Below are positions 27,036 through 39,950 of a DNA stretch of 64,000 bases, one piece after another. The stretch is from the human T2T-CHM13v2.0 reference genome, Homo sapiens. The number at the start of each line of letters is the position of its first letter. Positions within the stretch are counted from its first letter, which is position 1. A program made the position numbers and the translations under genes. Where the stretch lies: assembly GCF_009914755.1 (NCBI RefSeq), contig NC_060928.1; one strand, 5' to 3'. Below the pieces are notes generated by a model. The model saw only the letters and a program-made list of their open reading frames with translations, was not told where the DNA came from and searched no databases.

Positions 27036-28239
27036 GCTCTAAGATTAATCAAAGCTCTAGATTATCAAACATTACAAATTAACTACTTCCATTAGCCACA
27101 AAATTGTCTTCAAAAATGAATCTTAGTCATTTGTATTTCTGTAAACATTCTATGAAGTACATTAGAAAGTATTAGAATATCTGCCACTCACTGTGGGTGG
27201 GTGTTTATTCTGCTTTTAATTTCTCACATATCAATTTAGGTAGACCTCATTCATTTTCCTTAACTCCAATAGTGAATATAACCAGAATTGTATGTATCAT
27301 GTTCAAATTTAGAACCCAATTGAATAACAGATATTATTTTTATGTAATAAGTGCTTTAGTAAACACAGCAGCTGTGCATTTTCAGATGCTCCATATTTAC
27401 TATATTTCAGTTGTGAATCTGTAGGCTAGATATAGAGTTGATGATCATTATAAATATATTTACAGAACTGCAAATCACAGAAAATGAACAGCCCGGCCAT
27501 TATCCCTCTAGAAAAGGGGGTTCTAATAAAATTCCTCTCCTGTTCTTACAGGGTACACATGCAAAAAAAAATCAGCTAATTTCTATACTTTGTTAATTAA
27601 TTGTTGACACTGGTTCAGAGTAGGGTTCACTGTTGTTTTCTCCTTTCCCCTCAGAACTTTGACATTTCCCCAGTGTAAACGCAGAGATCTACTTTCATTC
27701 CTGTCATTTTTTTGTTCCATTCTTTTCTCTCCCACATTGTCCTTTGTTACTGATCTTCTAAGCCCTTGACACACCCACTAGAATGAAAAGCAGGGCCTTT
27801 GTCATTTTCCCACTGCTCTGTCCCAATCCCCGTGCCATGCCTGAAACGTCGGGAGTCCTTGATACCTATTGGTGGAATGTAGGGTTAATCCGAACATTGT
27901 CTTGAGCACTGTGTCTTACTCGGAATTGCTTCCAGGTGGTGTCCTGCTATCTTCTGAGCAATAGAGACTCCACATGGCTGCCTGATGGCCATTTCCAAAG
28001 GCAATCGTGCTGCTCTCCTGCATAAAGTCTCTCAGACGAGTCATCACAGGTAAGAGAAAGGGTCAAGTCCGTGGCATGGCCTCCCATGTCCCTCACGATC
28101 AAGTGTCTGCTCTATCTGCCTTGTCTCCTCTACTCTCCCTCTCCACTCGCCTCAGCTCACATTCACCATCTTCCATCTTCTCAAGTGCTTCACATTGTCC
28201 AAACTCCTGTCCTGGAAAAAGCTCCTCTCTTGGTTCAGA

Positions 28240-28525
28240 TCCTCATTTCTAGTCCCTGAACTTGAGATTTCAATTCAAATGTCATGTTCTCAAAGAAACT
28301 TTTCAGCTATTTTCCAGAGTGTATTAGGATTCCCAAGTATAGATGCTCTACAATTAACGCTTTTTCTTCTTTGCACTTATCACTTACATTATATCTTGGT
28401 AGCATTATTTGATTAAAGTCAGTTTTCTTTCCACTAAGTTTTAAAGCTTAATGGAAATAGAAACGATCTCTATTTATATCTCCACTACCTGGTGTGGAAT
28501 AAGGGCATAATAAGTATTCAAGAAG
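28240..28525 (+). mobile_element. L2 3'-end remnant
   Basis: ttcaaatgtca...gcacttatcac...ccactaagttttaaagctt...tctccactacctgg...taagtattcaa; very degraded. Confidence 0.5.
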
Positions 28526-31150
28526 TAATTTTAAAAATTTAGAAAATGCCATGCCCTTAGTCATTTGAGGTTGTATTGATACCTTGCAGAAGCCTCACTG
28601 CCATCTCTTTGTATAGTATTTACATTGGCTTAGGAAAATATACAAAATGTCAACTTACAAACATCTTATTTTACCCCAGAGAGCCTTTTCAATGTGCTAA
28701 ATTTGTTAAATATCACACAACATGAGAAGCTACCTCATTGTTTAGCACTGAAGAATGTGCTTAATGCCAATGAAACAGAATTCACTCAAGAGCCCCGACC
28801 ACATTAATGATGTATATAATTGCTATGCTTCTGCAAGATAATCTTGCATAAATGGTGAAGAGCATGGATCAGTTCGGGTAAACAGCATTATTTTTATAGA
28901 ACCACAACAAAAATTAACCTTTCTTAAATTATTATTTGCGTAGGTAACTCATCGGTTTCTATTATCAACAATAATGTTGAAAATTTACCCTAGTTATTGA
29001 TATGTAATTGATTGCTATTACATCCCATCATACACACTAACAAAGTTTCTAGATCTCCTCCTCCAAAGTGTACCTTCCATGAATCCTCCACTCTCCAGCT
29101 GCCTTATTCAAAGTCCAGGCTTGATCATGGCTCCCAGAAGGCGTCTCACACTGAAAGCCCACGAGTGTATTCCACAAGGACACCACAGCCTTTCTTTTTA
29201 AAATGAATTTTTTCAAACATAAGGAAGGAACTTTCTGTAATGTAATGGTGAATATAAGACTGAGTTTTTATGTCAAAACTTATCATATTTTATGCTTGTA
29301 ATTGGTGATATTTGTGGTATATGAAGTATGCATCAATGAAACATTAAGTAAGACATTTGGGTCCAAATGGTCTCCGCATTTTTCCAAACAGTGGCCCATA
29401 TAGGTGCTAACAGCTGGAAATGGTTAGTGAGGAGACTCCCGGATGACCAGGAACAAGAGGCATCTGCAGAGTGCTGTGTTGCATGGGTCAGGTCAGGAGG
29501 CGGGCGGTGGTGCAGCTGTGTGGTGCATGCTATAAAACCCCACCACTGCAGGAAGTGCCAGGTGCACCCTCAGCGTGAAGACTTGTATGCTGACAACAAG
29601 CAATGATAGACTCTTCTAATAAAACAAAACCCAGTAGCCAAATGAAATTTCACATAAAAATCCAATCCTGACACTTCTTTTGATATGTTGTCTGTATCCT
29701 CTGAAGTATTAAATAACAAACCTGAGAGGGAATTTTTAAACTGCTTCTATTTGGAGGGGTCCTGGGCTCTTCTGCTGGTTCAGCCTGCCCTGTGCTCATC
29801 ACCCAGTTGCATCGCCAGCCTGCTCTCTGTAGACTGAATCCATATGCCCTGTCTACACAGCCAAACTCCATGCCCTCAAAGGCGTTTCTCCCCTCTTCAC
29901 CCACTTGTGTACTATTTCAGCTGCCTGAGGCGCTCTTTCCATTTCTACATGACAAAATGCTTTCTGCTCTTTAGGACCGAACTCAAATGCCCCTGTGTGC
30001 CTCTTACTGCAATCACAGACTTACAGCCTCATTTCATGTATTTAACATTGTTACAAGACTTGGTTCATATTCTGTCTTATTTATTTTGCATTCTGATACC
30101 ACTTTTTAATTTTTTATGAGCTCCTTCCTTTATTTTTGTACATATAAGTAACTGATTTTTATCTCAATGCAAAGACTGAAGACAAGTGGTGGAGGAAAGA
30201 ATCATGTATGTTCTTGAGGGACATCATTCACCATCCCTGTTATTAATCATTTTAATGTATCCAACTCACCTGGTCCACTTTAGAATGGCCTCATGGCATT
30301 AACTTCTCCTGCTCCCCAAGCAAGAACAAACTCGCAGGTTTATTTGAGTGTTTTCTTTGGCCATGTAGTTGTTAGCAAGCACGTGTATTGCCTTTCATTG
30401 AGCCAAAAAAGAACAAGAAAGGTTTTACTTCCTGATTGCTTTGTTATCCACGCAATGGGTGATCATTCATTATGTTCAGTAAAGAAGGAGAGTGGATGTG
30501 ACCAGCTTCCAACAACTTGTATCTATTGTGGCAGCAAACACTATTACTGGCTAAACTCCCGAGAACATGGCACTGCTATAAAGGATGAGCATTCGGAGAG
30601 CTAGAAATTTAATTCCAGATATACAAGCAATAATCCTCAAGCTGTCCAGCTTCTGCTAATACAAAATGACATGTCTGGGAAGGAAACATTCATTCCTCTC
30701 CTGGAGCATTACCAGTGTGTTTGAGCTGTTGAAATGTTCTATTCCATGCAATGACCAAGGATGCTTGTCTGTGCTGTCTTCGGTGCCCAATCCCTTAGGC
30801 TGGAAGGAAGTCATCTCTCCCATGCCGTCCTCACAACAGGGACCCACTGGCTGTATAAAAATAAAAATTATAAAAGATGGCCACAAAAGAAACATGAAAA
30901 AATTGATTTAACAACGTAATCACAAGGGATTATAAGATGTTAAACAAGCCACAAGTATAAAGGTTTGAGGGAAAAATGGCTGGCAAGCTACACACAATTC
31001 GTGCATGTTTTCCCAAGATCAACTCCACTGTTATTAACCATCTCATAAAGAATTATATGTACTGTGGTATCTACAGATGATTATGCCATTCTTACTCTTT
31101 CTGGTAAAATAATTTATCAACTGCTTCCAAAATCATTCAGTAGAACATTT

Positions 31151-31204
31151 TTTTCATACACATTATATTACCTCTTTTCATACACATTATATTACCTCTT
31201 TTCA
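31151..31204. repeat. Perfect 24-bp tandem duplication
   Basis: TTTTCATACACATTATATTACCTC twice, followed by TTTTCA. Confidence 0.95.
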
Positions 31205-31646
31205 CGTATTTAAGTACATGCAGATTGATATCCTAATTTTAGTAATACTTTTTAATGTAACTTTTCATCTTTATTATTATATCTTAGGATTTGTTGGACA
31301 AATAGTGTGATTTTCCTGGTAGCAAGACGTGGTCAACATGGTTCTTGGTCTGGTTCTTGGTCAGCAGGAGGGCATTGATGGTGGGTGATGCAATGGCTTG
31401 TTAACTGAGCCCACAACTTTTTTATTGTCTCTCTCTTATAGGCCAGGCACTGTCTAGGCATTGGGTTTGGTTATAATAGGGATGCCTGTGTGAAAACAAT
31501 GGTACAAATGACCTCAGGCCAATAGAAACACGTTGCTAAATCTAGATCATGTCAAAATTTCATACTTCAGGAGGTGTTGACATCTGGAAGGCCTGCCTAT
31601 AAATCCTGGATCCTTCCGTGCTAAGCCAAGATTCAGGTAAGCATAA

Positions 31647-31727
31647 AGAGCAATTTATTGTTATTTATTGTTTATTGTGTTAGAGCAATTATTTGTGTTA
31701 TTTATTGTTATTGTGTTAGAGCAATTT
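31647..31727. repeat. Imperfect 35-36-bp tandem repeat
   Basis: AGAGCAAT recurs at 31647, 31682 and 31718 with similar T-rich spacers. Confidence 0.8.
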
Positions 31728-32264
31728 CTGGACTAGAAAGCCTTCTAGAAAAATAATTTTTTAAATGGGCATAAGCCATTTGTATAGTCAAATAGGTGGT
31801 CTAACGCACATAGGCACCTAGCTGAGGGGTGAGTGGGGCTGAAATCCAACACTTCTCTGCCTTCCGAGTCATGTAGCCTGGGACGGGGTTAGATCTTTCC
31901 AGAGAAAAAGACACCCTTAAGAAAACTGCATAATACAGATATATACATGAAGGCATTCTCTAAGTGCACAAGACACTGCCCTCTGCCCTCCCAGAGCTTT
32001 TTTCGGATTTGCAGAAAGATTCCTGACAGGTTAGTAGTCTTGGCTTTGTTCGTTTGCTGAAGTTTGCAATATGCTGAAGATAGTTGGCATTGGAGGTTAA
32101 GAATCAGAATGGAACCGCTGAGTCAAGATGAGAAAGTGGCTCCCACTTGCGGAAGCACATTGAATTCTAGAAGCTTTCTCTGGGACCACCAGGTCCAGGT
32201 AAGTTTTGAAATAAGCCATTGAAGCCACCACAAAGACACCCAATAGTAGGAGCTGGGGCACTAT

Positions 32265-33018
32265 TGAGAGACAGGACCAGCTGGATTTCCTAGGCCGACT
32301 AAGAATCCCTAAGCCTAGCTGGGAAGGTGACTGCATCCACCTTTAAACAGGGAGCTTGCAACTTAGCTCACACCCAACCAATCAGGTAGTAAAGACAGCT
32401 CGCTAAAATGCTAATTAGGCAAAAACAGAAGGTAAAGAAATAGCGAATCATCTATTGCCTGAGAGCACAGGGGGAGGGACAATGATCGGGATATAAACCC
32501 AGGCATTTGAGCCGGCAACAGCAGCCCCCTTTGGGTCCCCTACCATTGTATGGGAGCTCTGTTTTCACCCTGTTAAATCTTGCAACTGCGCACTCTTCTG
32601 GTCTGTGTTTGTGATGGCTCAAACTGAGCTTTCGCTTGCCGTCCACCACCGCTGTTGTCTGTCGTCCCAGACCCTCCCTTGACTTCTCCCCTCCGGATCT
32701 GGCAGGGTGTCCACTGCGTTTCTGATCCAGCAAGGCGCCTGTTGCCACTCTGGATCAGGATAAAGGCTTGCCATTGTTCCTGCATGGCTAAGTGCCAGGG
32801 TTTGTCCTAATTGAGCTGAACACTAGTCATAGGTTCCACGGTTCTCTTCCGTGACCCAGGGCTTCTAATAGAGCTATAACACTCCCCGCATGGCCCAAGG
32901 TTCCATTCCTTGGAATCCATGAGGCCAAGAACCCCAGGTCAGAGAACACGAGGCTTGCCACCATCTTGGAAGCAGCCACCATCTTGGGAGCTCTAAGAAC
33001 AAGGACCCCCCAGTAACA
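32265..33018 (+). mobile_element. HERV-W solo LTR (LTR17)
   Basis: Starts TGAGAGACAGGACCAGCTGGATTTCCTAGGC and ends GGACCCCCCAGTAACA; TG...CA termini; 4-bp TSD CTAT (32261-32264 and 33019-33022); CCAAT at 32378, TATAAA at 32492. Confidence 0.95.
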
Positions 33019-35729
33019 CTATGACGTCCGCAAGGAAATACAATAAGGAATGTCCTCAATAGGAATGTGCGTAAGGGCTTGCTGCTGCCACTTAGCACTG
33101 GTCTAGGATCTGGGACAAGGCAAAACCTGTGCATGGCAAGCTGACAGATCTCGCTGAGGAATGCTCTAGGAGGGCTGGGGGCCTGAGAAGGGTACTGAAA
33201 GCCCAGGTCTCTCTCCAGGGTGCCTCAGACTGCCTTCAACAGCTGTACAGCAGCTCAGACCCAGTCCATACTTCAGTATTGCTCTAGGTTCTGCATTTCA
33301 GCACTCCAGCAACTCTGTGGAAAAGGGTAAAGCAAATTTCATGAGAATACATTCAATTCCAATTTATCAGTACATAGTCTGGCTGCAAGCGCTTCTATAA
33401 ATTCGTGTAGAACACAATTCCATGTTCCAGCCCTGCAACACATACAAAATCTTTTCTTCTTCATTTAGTTTTGGATACACAGGCCGTAACTTCCTTTCTC
33501 ACATAAAACAGCTTTAAGAAGTAATCTGAAGTTTTAAATATTTCTTTCACATTTGCCTGATATGGTGCTAAAAGTCGCCAGTCATGGGTTCCTACCATCG
33601 CTGGTTTGCTTTGCTGACTATCACAGACAATGGCTGGATTCTACCCTGCCTATTCCCAAACACGAGGACACTAGTAAGATAAAGCATCAATAGCAAAAAG
33701 AGCTTATTAGCAGCCCTGGGAAAACAGACTCAACATGCATGCCTGGTAGGTGAGTACGCTGCTGCATAAGGGACAGTGTCATTCATTTTTTTAATTTCAA
33801 TCAACAAACATGTTGAACTCCTCCTATGTACTAAGCATAATCTCTATCTCCACAAAACTATGCAATTTAACCTTCTAAGAAAAATGCCATTTCCATGGAT
33901 AACATCGTTACTTCAGACAAAACCTTTTAGGTCTCTTCCTCACAGAACAACAGGGTATGCAACCCATTGTCAGAATGCCTTGTTTTCTACCAGCCAAAAT
34001 CACCCTCTTGTAAAATGCCTTATGTGAATCAAAATCACTCTTCGACAAGTTTTAAAATGCAATTACCAACATCACCTCAAGGCAGTCATTTAATCCCTGC
34101 ATGCCTTAAATACTCTGCAAAACAGGAGAGTAATGCTGTTGTGAAGTCGACTGAGCTGAAATAAGAATGCTTCAAGGTAGGAGACTCTACTGTTGTTATT
34201 CTAAGTTAGGAATTCTATAGTAGCCTCACAGCTTCCCTCTATGTCTCCAGCACAGCAATAAAAAATTCTTTATAGATGGAAATGATTGCTGAGTAGAGTC
34301 TCTGGGGGAAGAGCTGTGGTTTGCTCTTCTGCCAAGCAATAGCAATATCAAGATGTCCCCACAAGGCATTAGCTCTTGAAGTGAGCAAGTTATGGTTCCC
34401 AGGGGCCTCCTGTACTTGATGGATGCTCTCAGTGTGAAGTTGTCTCCAGAGACCTCCCAGAGGTCTCAGAACATGGCAGGGTCAGTGTCTAACCTATTAT
34501 GGACAGAATCTTTACTAGAAAGGCCCAAAAGCTGTGTGCCTGGGCGTGAGACATCCAGCTCATGCCGAATGAGCTGAATCATTCAAGGATTGATGTATCT
34601 CTTTGAGGAAAGCTAGCTTTCCTGCATTTCCTGCACCTCAGGTTTTAATTCAGGTAAATTGCTTCCCCATTTATAGCTCTGAGACCTTTGGGACCAAACC
34701 TCATGAGTTCCATTTGCCAAGTGTGGCCCACATTTCACCTCTGTCTTTGATAATCTGAATGTCAGAATTATACTCCAGATTAAACTCTGTTAATAACCCC
34801 AAATTCAGAGCAAGCAAGGGCTAACATCAACTTTGATAATCATTTAATATTAAGTCAAGAAGTTCCATGACTGATATCACATGTGTATCAATTGCTGCAC
34901 ACATGGCTTACCCTTTATTTCAGCTCTCTGGATATCTGCAGTGACAAATTTCATGTCACTGACACCTAAAATGAGAAAAAATAGTTTTTTTAATTCACTG
35001 TACTGGGAATAATCTCTCAAACAAGCAATGAATGCATTTTATAGAAAATGAACCATATAAATATATACATATGTATAAAATTAGAAATTTAGTTTGTTTC
35101 TAGTTACTCTGTGTTGTTATATTCTATTCCTTAAAACATGGTTGAGAGACTCCTGGAACTGATTTCCTGACTCACTCAAAAGTTGAGACCAACAGTTTGA
35201 TAAGAACTATAGATAGTGTGAAATTTGCAGAATGCTGCAGGATGCTGAAAAGTCCCTCTGGCAAATAACATTTATCATCATTGAAGACAATTATGAGGCC
35301 ATAAACAAAAGACAATGCTCTAGAAACTACTGTTAAAAAAGCACACCTATAAGCTGAAGTGGCTGCTAGTACAGGCTCCCCAATTATGTGTGCCACCCCT
35401 GGCCCTTTCCTTGCTAATCAGTCATCATATTCTGTTTTCTTGAGCTTACAAAAGACTTCACATCCATTTTCAATGCTGCATCCCAGGCAGTGGCTACTGG
35501 TTCATTGTAAGTGGCCAGAAAAACAAAACGCAGTTGTCATCTGATTCCTAGTCCTTTCTTATGTTGATTTTAAGTAGTTTTTCAATTGACACTTCTAGAT
35601 AAATGAGAAACTTTGGGCATAGCACAGAGAAGAGCCAGGTGACCACGAAGAATCTAAGGGGCCCCCATCGAGCTGGTGAGGGCTCTGGGTGTAGTGTTGA
35701 ACTGTGCTACGAGAAACTTCACAATATTG

Positions 35730-38720
35730 ACCGGTTCCAGAATGGAAGTATGGAAACACATTGGTGTCACTCCCCTCATCAGAAAACCAAAAGCAAATAG
35801 ACAGTGTCATGATTAAAAATAGTAATAGCATAGAATCCAAGTATGAGGGTGAAACAGTTCCCAGGTCCATAGAGAAGTAAAAAGCTCTGAGCAGATGGTG
35901 AGAGAACTGGGCTTTCATATCTGTGACATTTCTCCCCCTAATCTGTACAACACCATGTAAGTGAAAAATTTTCCGAGACTCATATTTTCTACACGGGAAA
36001 AAGTGAGATAGAGGTAAACAACCAGCTTCCCATCCATCTTGGGTTTCCTAGCAGGAGACCTATTCCTGCCTCAACCCATAGGAAGCATTGGGAGTGCCTG
36101 AAGGAGAAACATCCCTGAGGGCAACCAAAGACAAAGTGGGGAAGATGGGACTGTCATTCCCAGCCTTGGAAACTCTGTGCTGTAACTTGGGCAGAGAAGA
36201 CACCAAATCAGAGCAGCTGCTCACCAGCACCACACTGTGGGAGATATGTTCCACAGGTCCCCTGGGCATGAACCCCTAGCCAGCCTTCCCACCACACTGC
36301 TGGGATAGCCCCTTTATGACCTCCTTAATTCAGAATGGGCAGTACTCTAATCACTTACTAGAGTCAAGGCAAACATGGGCCTATGGCACTCTCTAGTACC
36401 TATAAAGAGGCAGCAACCTAGTGGAAAATAAAAAAGAAAGAAATTCAACAGATAAATTAGAAGGAATCTCTAAGCAAACATATCCAATAAAAACCAAAAC
36501 AAGCCACGTAGAGAAGACTGGAAAAAAATAACTAATCCGTCAATACAAAGACATAGATGTAAATTCAGAATCCTGGAACTGAGAAATACATTTACTAAAC
36601 TGAAAACTTTATTAGAGGCTCTCAACAGCAGAATGACTCAAGCAGAGAAAAGAGTCAGTGAGCCTAAAGACAGGCTATTTGAAAATACACAGTCAGAGGG
36701 GGAAAAAAAGGAACAAAAATCATGAACAAGTTATAGAAAATAACTTCAAAAGACTAACTCTAAAAATTACTGGAGATCAACAGGAAGCTGAGCAAGAACA
36801 AGGAATAGAAAGCTTACTCAAAGAAATAACCACAGAAAATGTTCCAAAACTTGAGAAAGATACAACTATTCGGGTACATGAAGGTCTGAGAACACCAAAC
36901 AGGTTTGACCCAAATAAGACTACCAAAAGGCATGTAATCAGGCTCTTAAATGTCAAGAGTAAAGAGACAACCCTAAAAGTAGTGAAAGAAAAGAAACAGA
37001 TAAAATATAAAGGAACTCAAATTCATCTGGAAAAAGATGTCTCAACAGAAACTGTAAAGGCTAGGAGTACGTGAGATGACATTTTCAAAGTGTGGAAGAA
37101 AAAAATGGCAATCAAGAATTGTTTATCTAGCAAAGCTATTCTTCAAGTATGAAGGAGCAGGTCTTTCCTAAACAAACAAAATCTTACAAGTGTTAAAAGC
37201 AAGGTCTTCCATCTAACACAAAACAAAAACAAAAACACTAATGTGCACAAAGAAGCATTTGAATGTATCAAGTGAACTGTAAAAGTACATAGACAAACTC
37301 AGGATACTCAAACACTGTAACTGACATGTGAAATCCACTCATAATTCTAATATAAAACTCAAAAGACAAATCAATCAAAACCAGCAATAGCTACAGTGAC
37401 CTGTTAAGAGACAGGCAACAAAAAATAGCTAAATTGAGATAACAACAAAAAGTTAAAACATAGGGAGGATTAAGTTAAAGTGTAGAAATTTTTTCTTCAG
37501 TATTTTGTTTGAGTCTATACTTTCTATTGCAATCTAAGATAAGCTGCCGTCTCTTTAAAATAACTTATTGTAAGATATTTGATATAAGCTTCATGACAGC
37601 CACAATGCAAAAACTTGTGATAGATACACTAAAAATAAAAAGCAATGAATTAAAGTGTACTACCAGATAAAATCACTCAATTGCAAAGGAAGATGATAAG
37701 AAAGAGAGAAAGGAAGAGAGGAGCTACAAAACAACCAGAAAACAAGCAAAAAACCCCCCAAAAACCAAGCAGTAGTAAGTCCTTATGTATCAATAATTAT
37801 ACTGAATGTAAATGGACTCAATTCTCCAGTTAAAAAAAAAAAGAGTGTCTGAATGAATAAATAAACAAGACCAAACTATGTAATTTACAAGAGATCTACC
37901 TCACCTGATCATGCCACTGCACTCCAGCTAGGTGACAAAACAAGACCCTGTTTCTAAAAAAAAACTCACTTATAAAGACACGTATAGACCAAAAAGTAAA
38001 GGGATGGAAACAGATATTCCATGCAAGTTGAAATAAAAAAAGAGCAGAAGTAACAATGCTTTTATCAGATAAAATAGCAACATGTCAAAGACTATAAAAA
38101 TAGACAAAGTCACTATACAAAAATAAAGGTGACAATTCAGCAAGAGGATATAACAATTCTAGATATCTATGCACCCAACACAGAACACCGAGGTATATAA
38201 AGCAAATAGTAATAGATCTAAGGGGAGAGACAGACTGCAATATAATAATAGTGGGGAAATTTAATGCCTGCTTCTTAGTGATAGACGATCCTCTAGACAG
38301 AAGACCAACAAAGAAACATCAGAGTTAAATTACACACTAGACTAAATAGGCTAACTCACACCTACAGAACATTTTACCTAACAGCTGTTGCATACATATT
38401 CTTTTCATCAGAACATGGAACATTCTCCAGAATAGACCACATCTTAGGCCACAAACGAGTCTCAACAAATTCATGAAAGTAGAAATCATATCAAGTATCA
38501 TTTCTGATCACCATGGAATAAAACCAGAAATGAATAATAAGAGGAACTTTGGAAATTACACAAATATATGGAAATTAAACAATGTGTTCCTGAATACAGT
38601 TTAAGGTGATGGATACCCCAATTTCCCTGGTTTCATCTTCACACATTATGTGAATGTATCAATTTATCACATGTATCCTGAAAATATGATTATCTATTAG
38701 GTATCAATTAAAAAATTTTA
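35730..38720 (+). mobile_element. Old L1 (L1M/L1MA type): 5'UTR, degraded ORF1, ORF2 endonuclease region, joined directly to the 3' terminus
   Basis: ORF 36658..37074 resembles L1 ORF1p (IESLLKEITTENVPKLEKD...RTPNRF); EN-like sequence at 37800-38595; L1MA-type 3' end at 38598-38715; TSD matches 13/16. Confidence 0.88.
37907..37964 (+). mobile_element. Extremely 5'-truncated Alu inserted in L1 ORF2
   Basis: GATCATGCCACTGCACTCCAGC...poly-A, flanked by CTCACCT and CTCACTT. Confidence 0.85.
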
Positions 38721-39299
38721 AAAACTGTACAGTATTGCCCCAAATGGCTCCATCCTGCATTCTGAGATTCCTGCTCCCCAAACTCTAATCAAACACAATT
38801 ATTGTTTTGTGAAAATTGAGCTTGACAAATGAGCTGCCAGAGATGCTTATGCATGCTCCATAAGGATGCCAGATGTTTCTTCATTATCTATTTCATTCCA
38901 AGCCTGCTTTCCTTTTGATATCACTCTGATTTTGACCTTTCTACCCATAAATATGTTTTTCTTCAGGCTATCCCTTTATTTAAAACAACCCTCCCTACTT
39001 TAAAGATCCTCTCTCCTCATCTTGGGTAACTTTCAGGGCATGACTTTTGCGGGTAGACATTGCTACACATTTTATTTCAAGATTCCAAGGTTTTAAAACT
39101 TATTAATTACCTTATGAATGTCCATCAGCTTCATATTAACCACTTATATCTGCATACAATTCTAAGGAGGGTTAAGTTCCAGGGGTGTACAACATGCTGA
39201 AATATCTATAAATACTGCCTACTTATGTTTTTATGGTTTTGAGTTTATTTTGACTCTTGCCTTGGAGGCAGATTTTATATCATCTTCTTCTTTTGGTAA

Positions 39300-39950
39300 A
39301 ATTTCTATATGGTAAAATGCAAAGAACCAAAATATTCAATTCAATAAATTTTGACGATTTACACAATCAAATAACAAATACCCGAAAAATATACAAGATA
39401 TCTCCATTTTCTCAGAAATTTCCATTATGTCTCCTTTTTGCCCTCTCATAAGCAGACACTGATTTAATTTCTGTCATTATAGATGAGTTTTGCATTTTTT
39501 TGAACTTGATGTAAAAACCATAAAATTCCATGCATTAATTTTTATCTAGCTTCATTTACTTAGTACTTTTAAAATTTACTCATGTTGTTGTACAGAACAG
39601 GGCTTGTACTCTTTCATTGTTGAAAAATATTGATATCCATTCTCCTACTGAGAAATACCTGGGTTGTTTCAGTTTCTGGCTATTGTAAATAAAAATTCTA
39701 GCAAAATATTGTGCAAGTTTTTGTGTATGTCTGTGTTGACATGTTTTTATTTCTCTTGAGTAAATACGTAGCAGTGAAATTGTGACACGAGCTAGATCTA
39801 TGTTTAACATTATAAGAAATGGCTGAATAGTTTCTAAAGTATAGCATTTTACACTCTCACCAGCAACACGGTAGAGTTTTAGCGCCATACATTTTTGCTA
39901 AAACTGAGTGTTGTCCATCTTCTGACTTTTACCTACTCTGGTTGTGTTAA
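39300..39950 (-). mobile_element. Old L1 (L1M) 3' region
   Basis: gggttgtttcagtttctggctatt...tttctcttgagtaaatac...acactctcaccagcaa; ORF 39580..39888 is a degraded ORF2 C-terminus. Confidence 0.82.

Noticed and set aside
32190-32205. Strong splice donors (CAG|GTAAGT here, AAG|GTGAGT near 61258, and others)
   Set aside because: No matching acceptor or open frame forming a credible exon chain; such motifs are expected by chance in 64 kb.
36658-37074. 138-aa ORF as a host gene
   Set aside because: Fragment of degraded L1 ORF1p.
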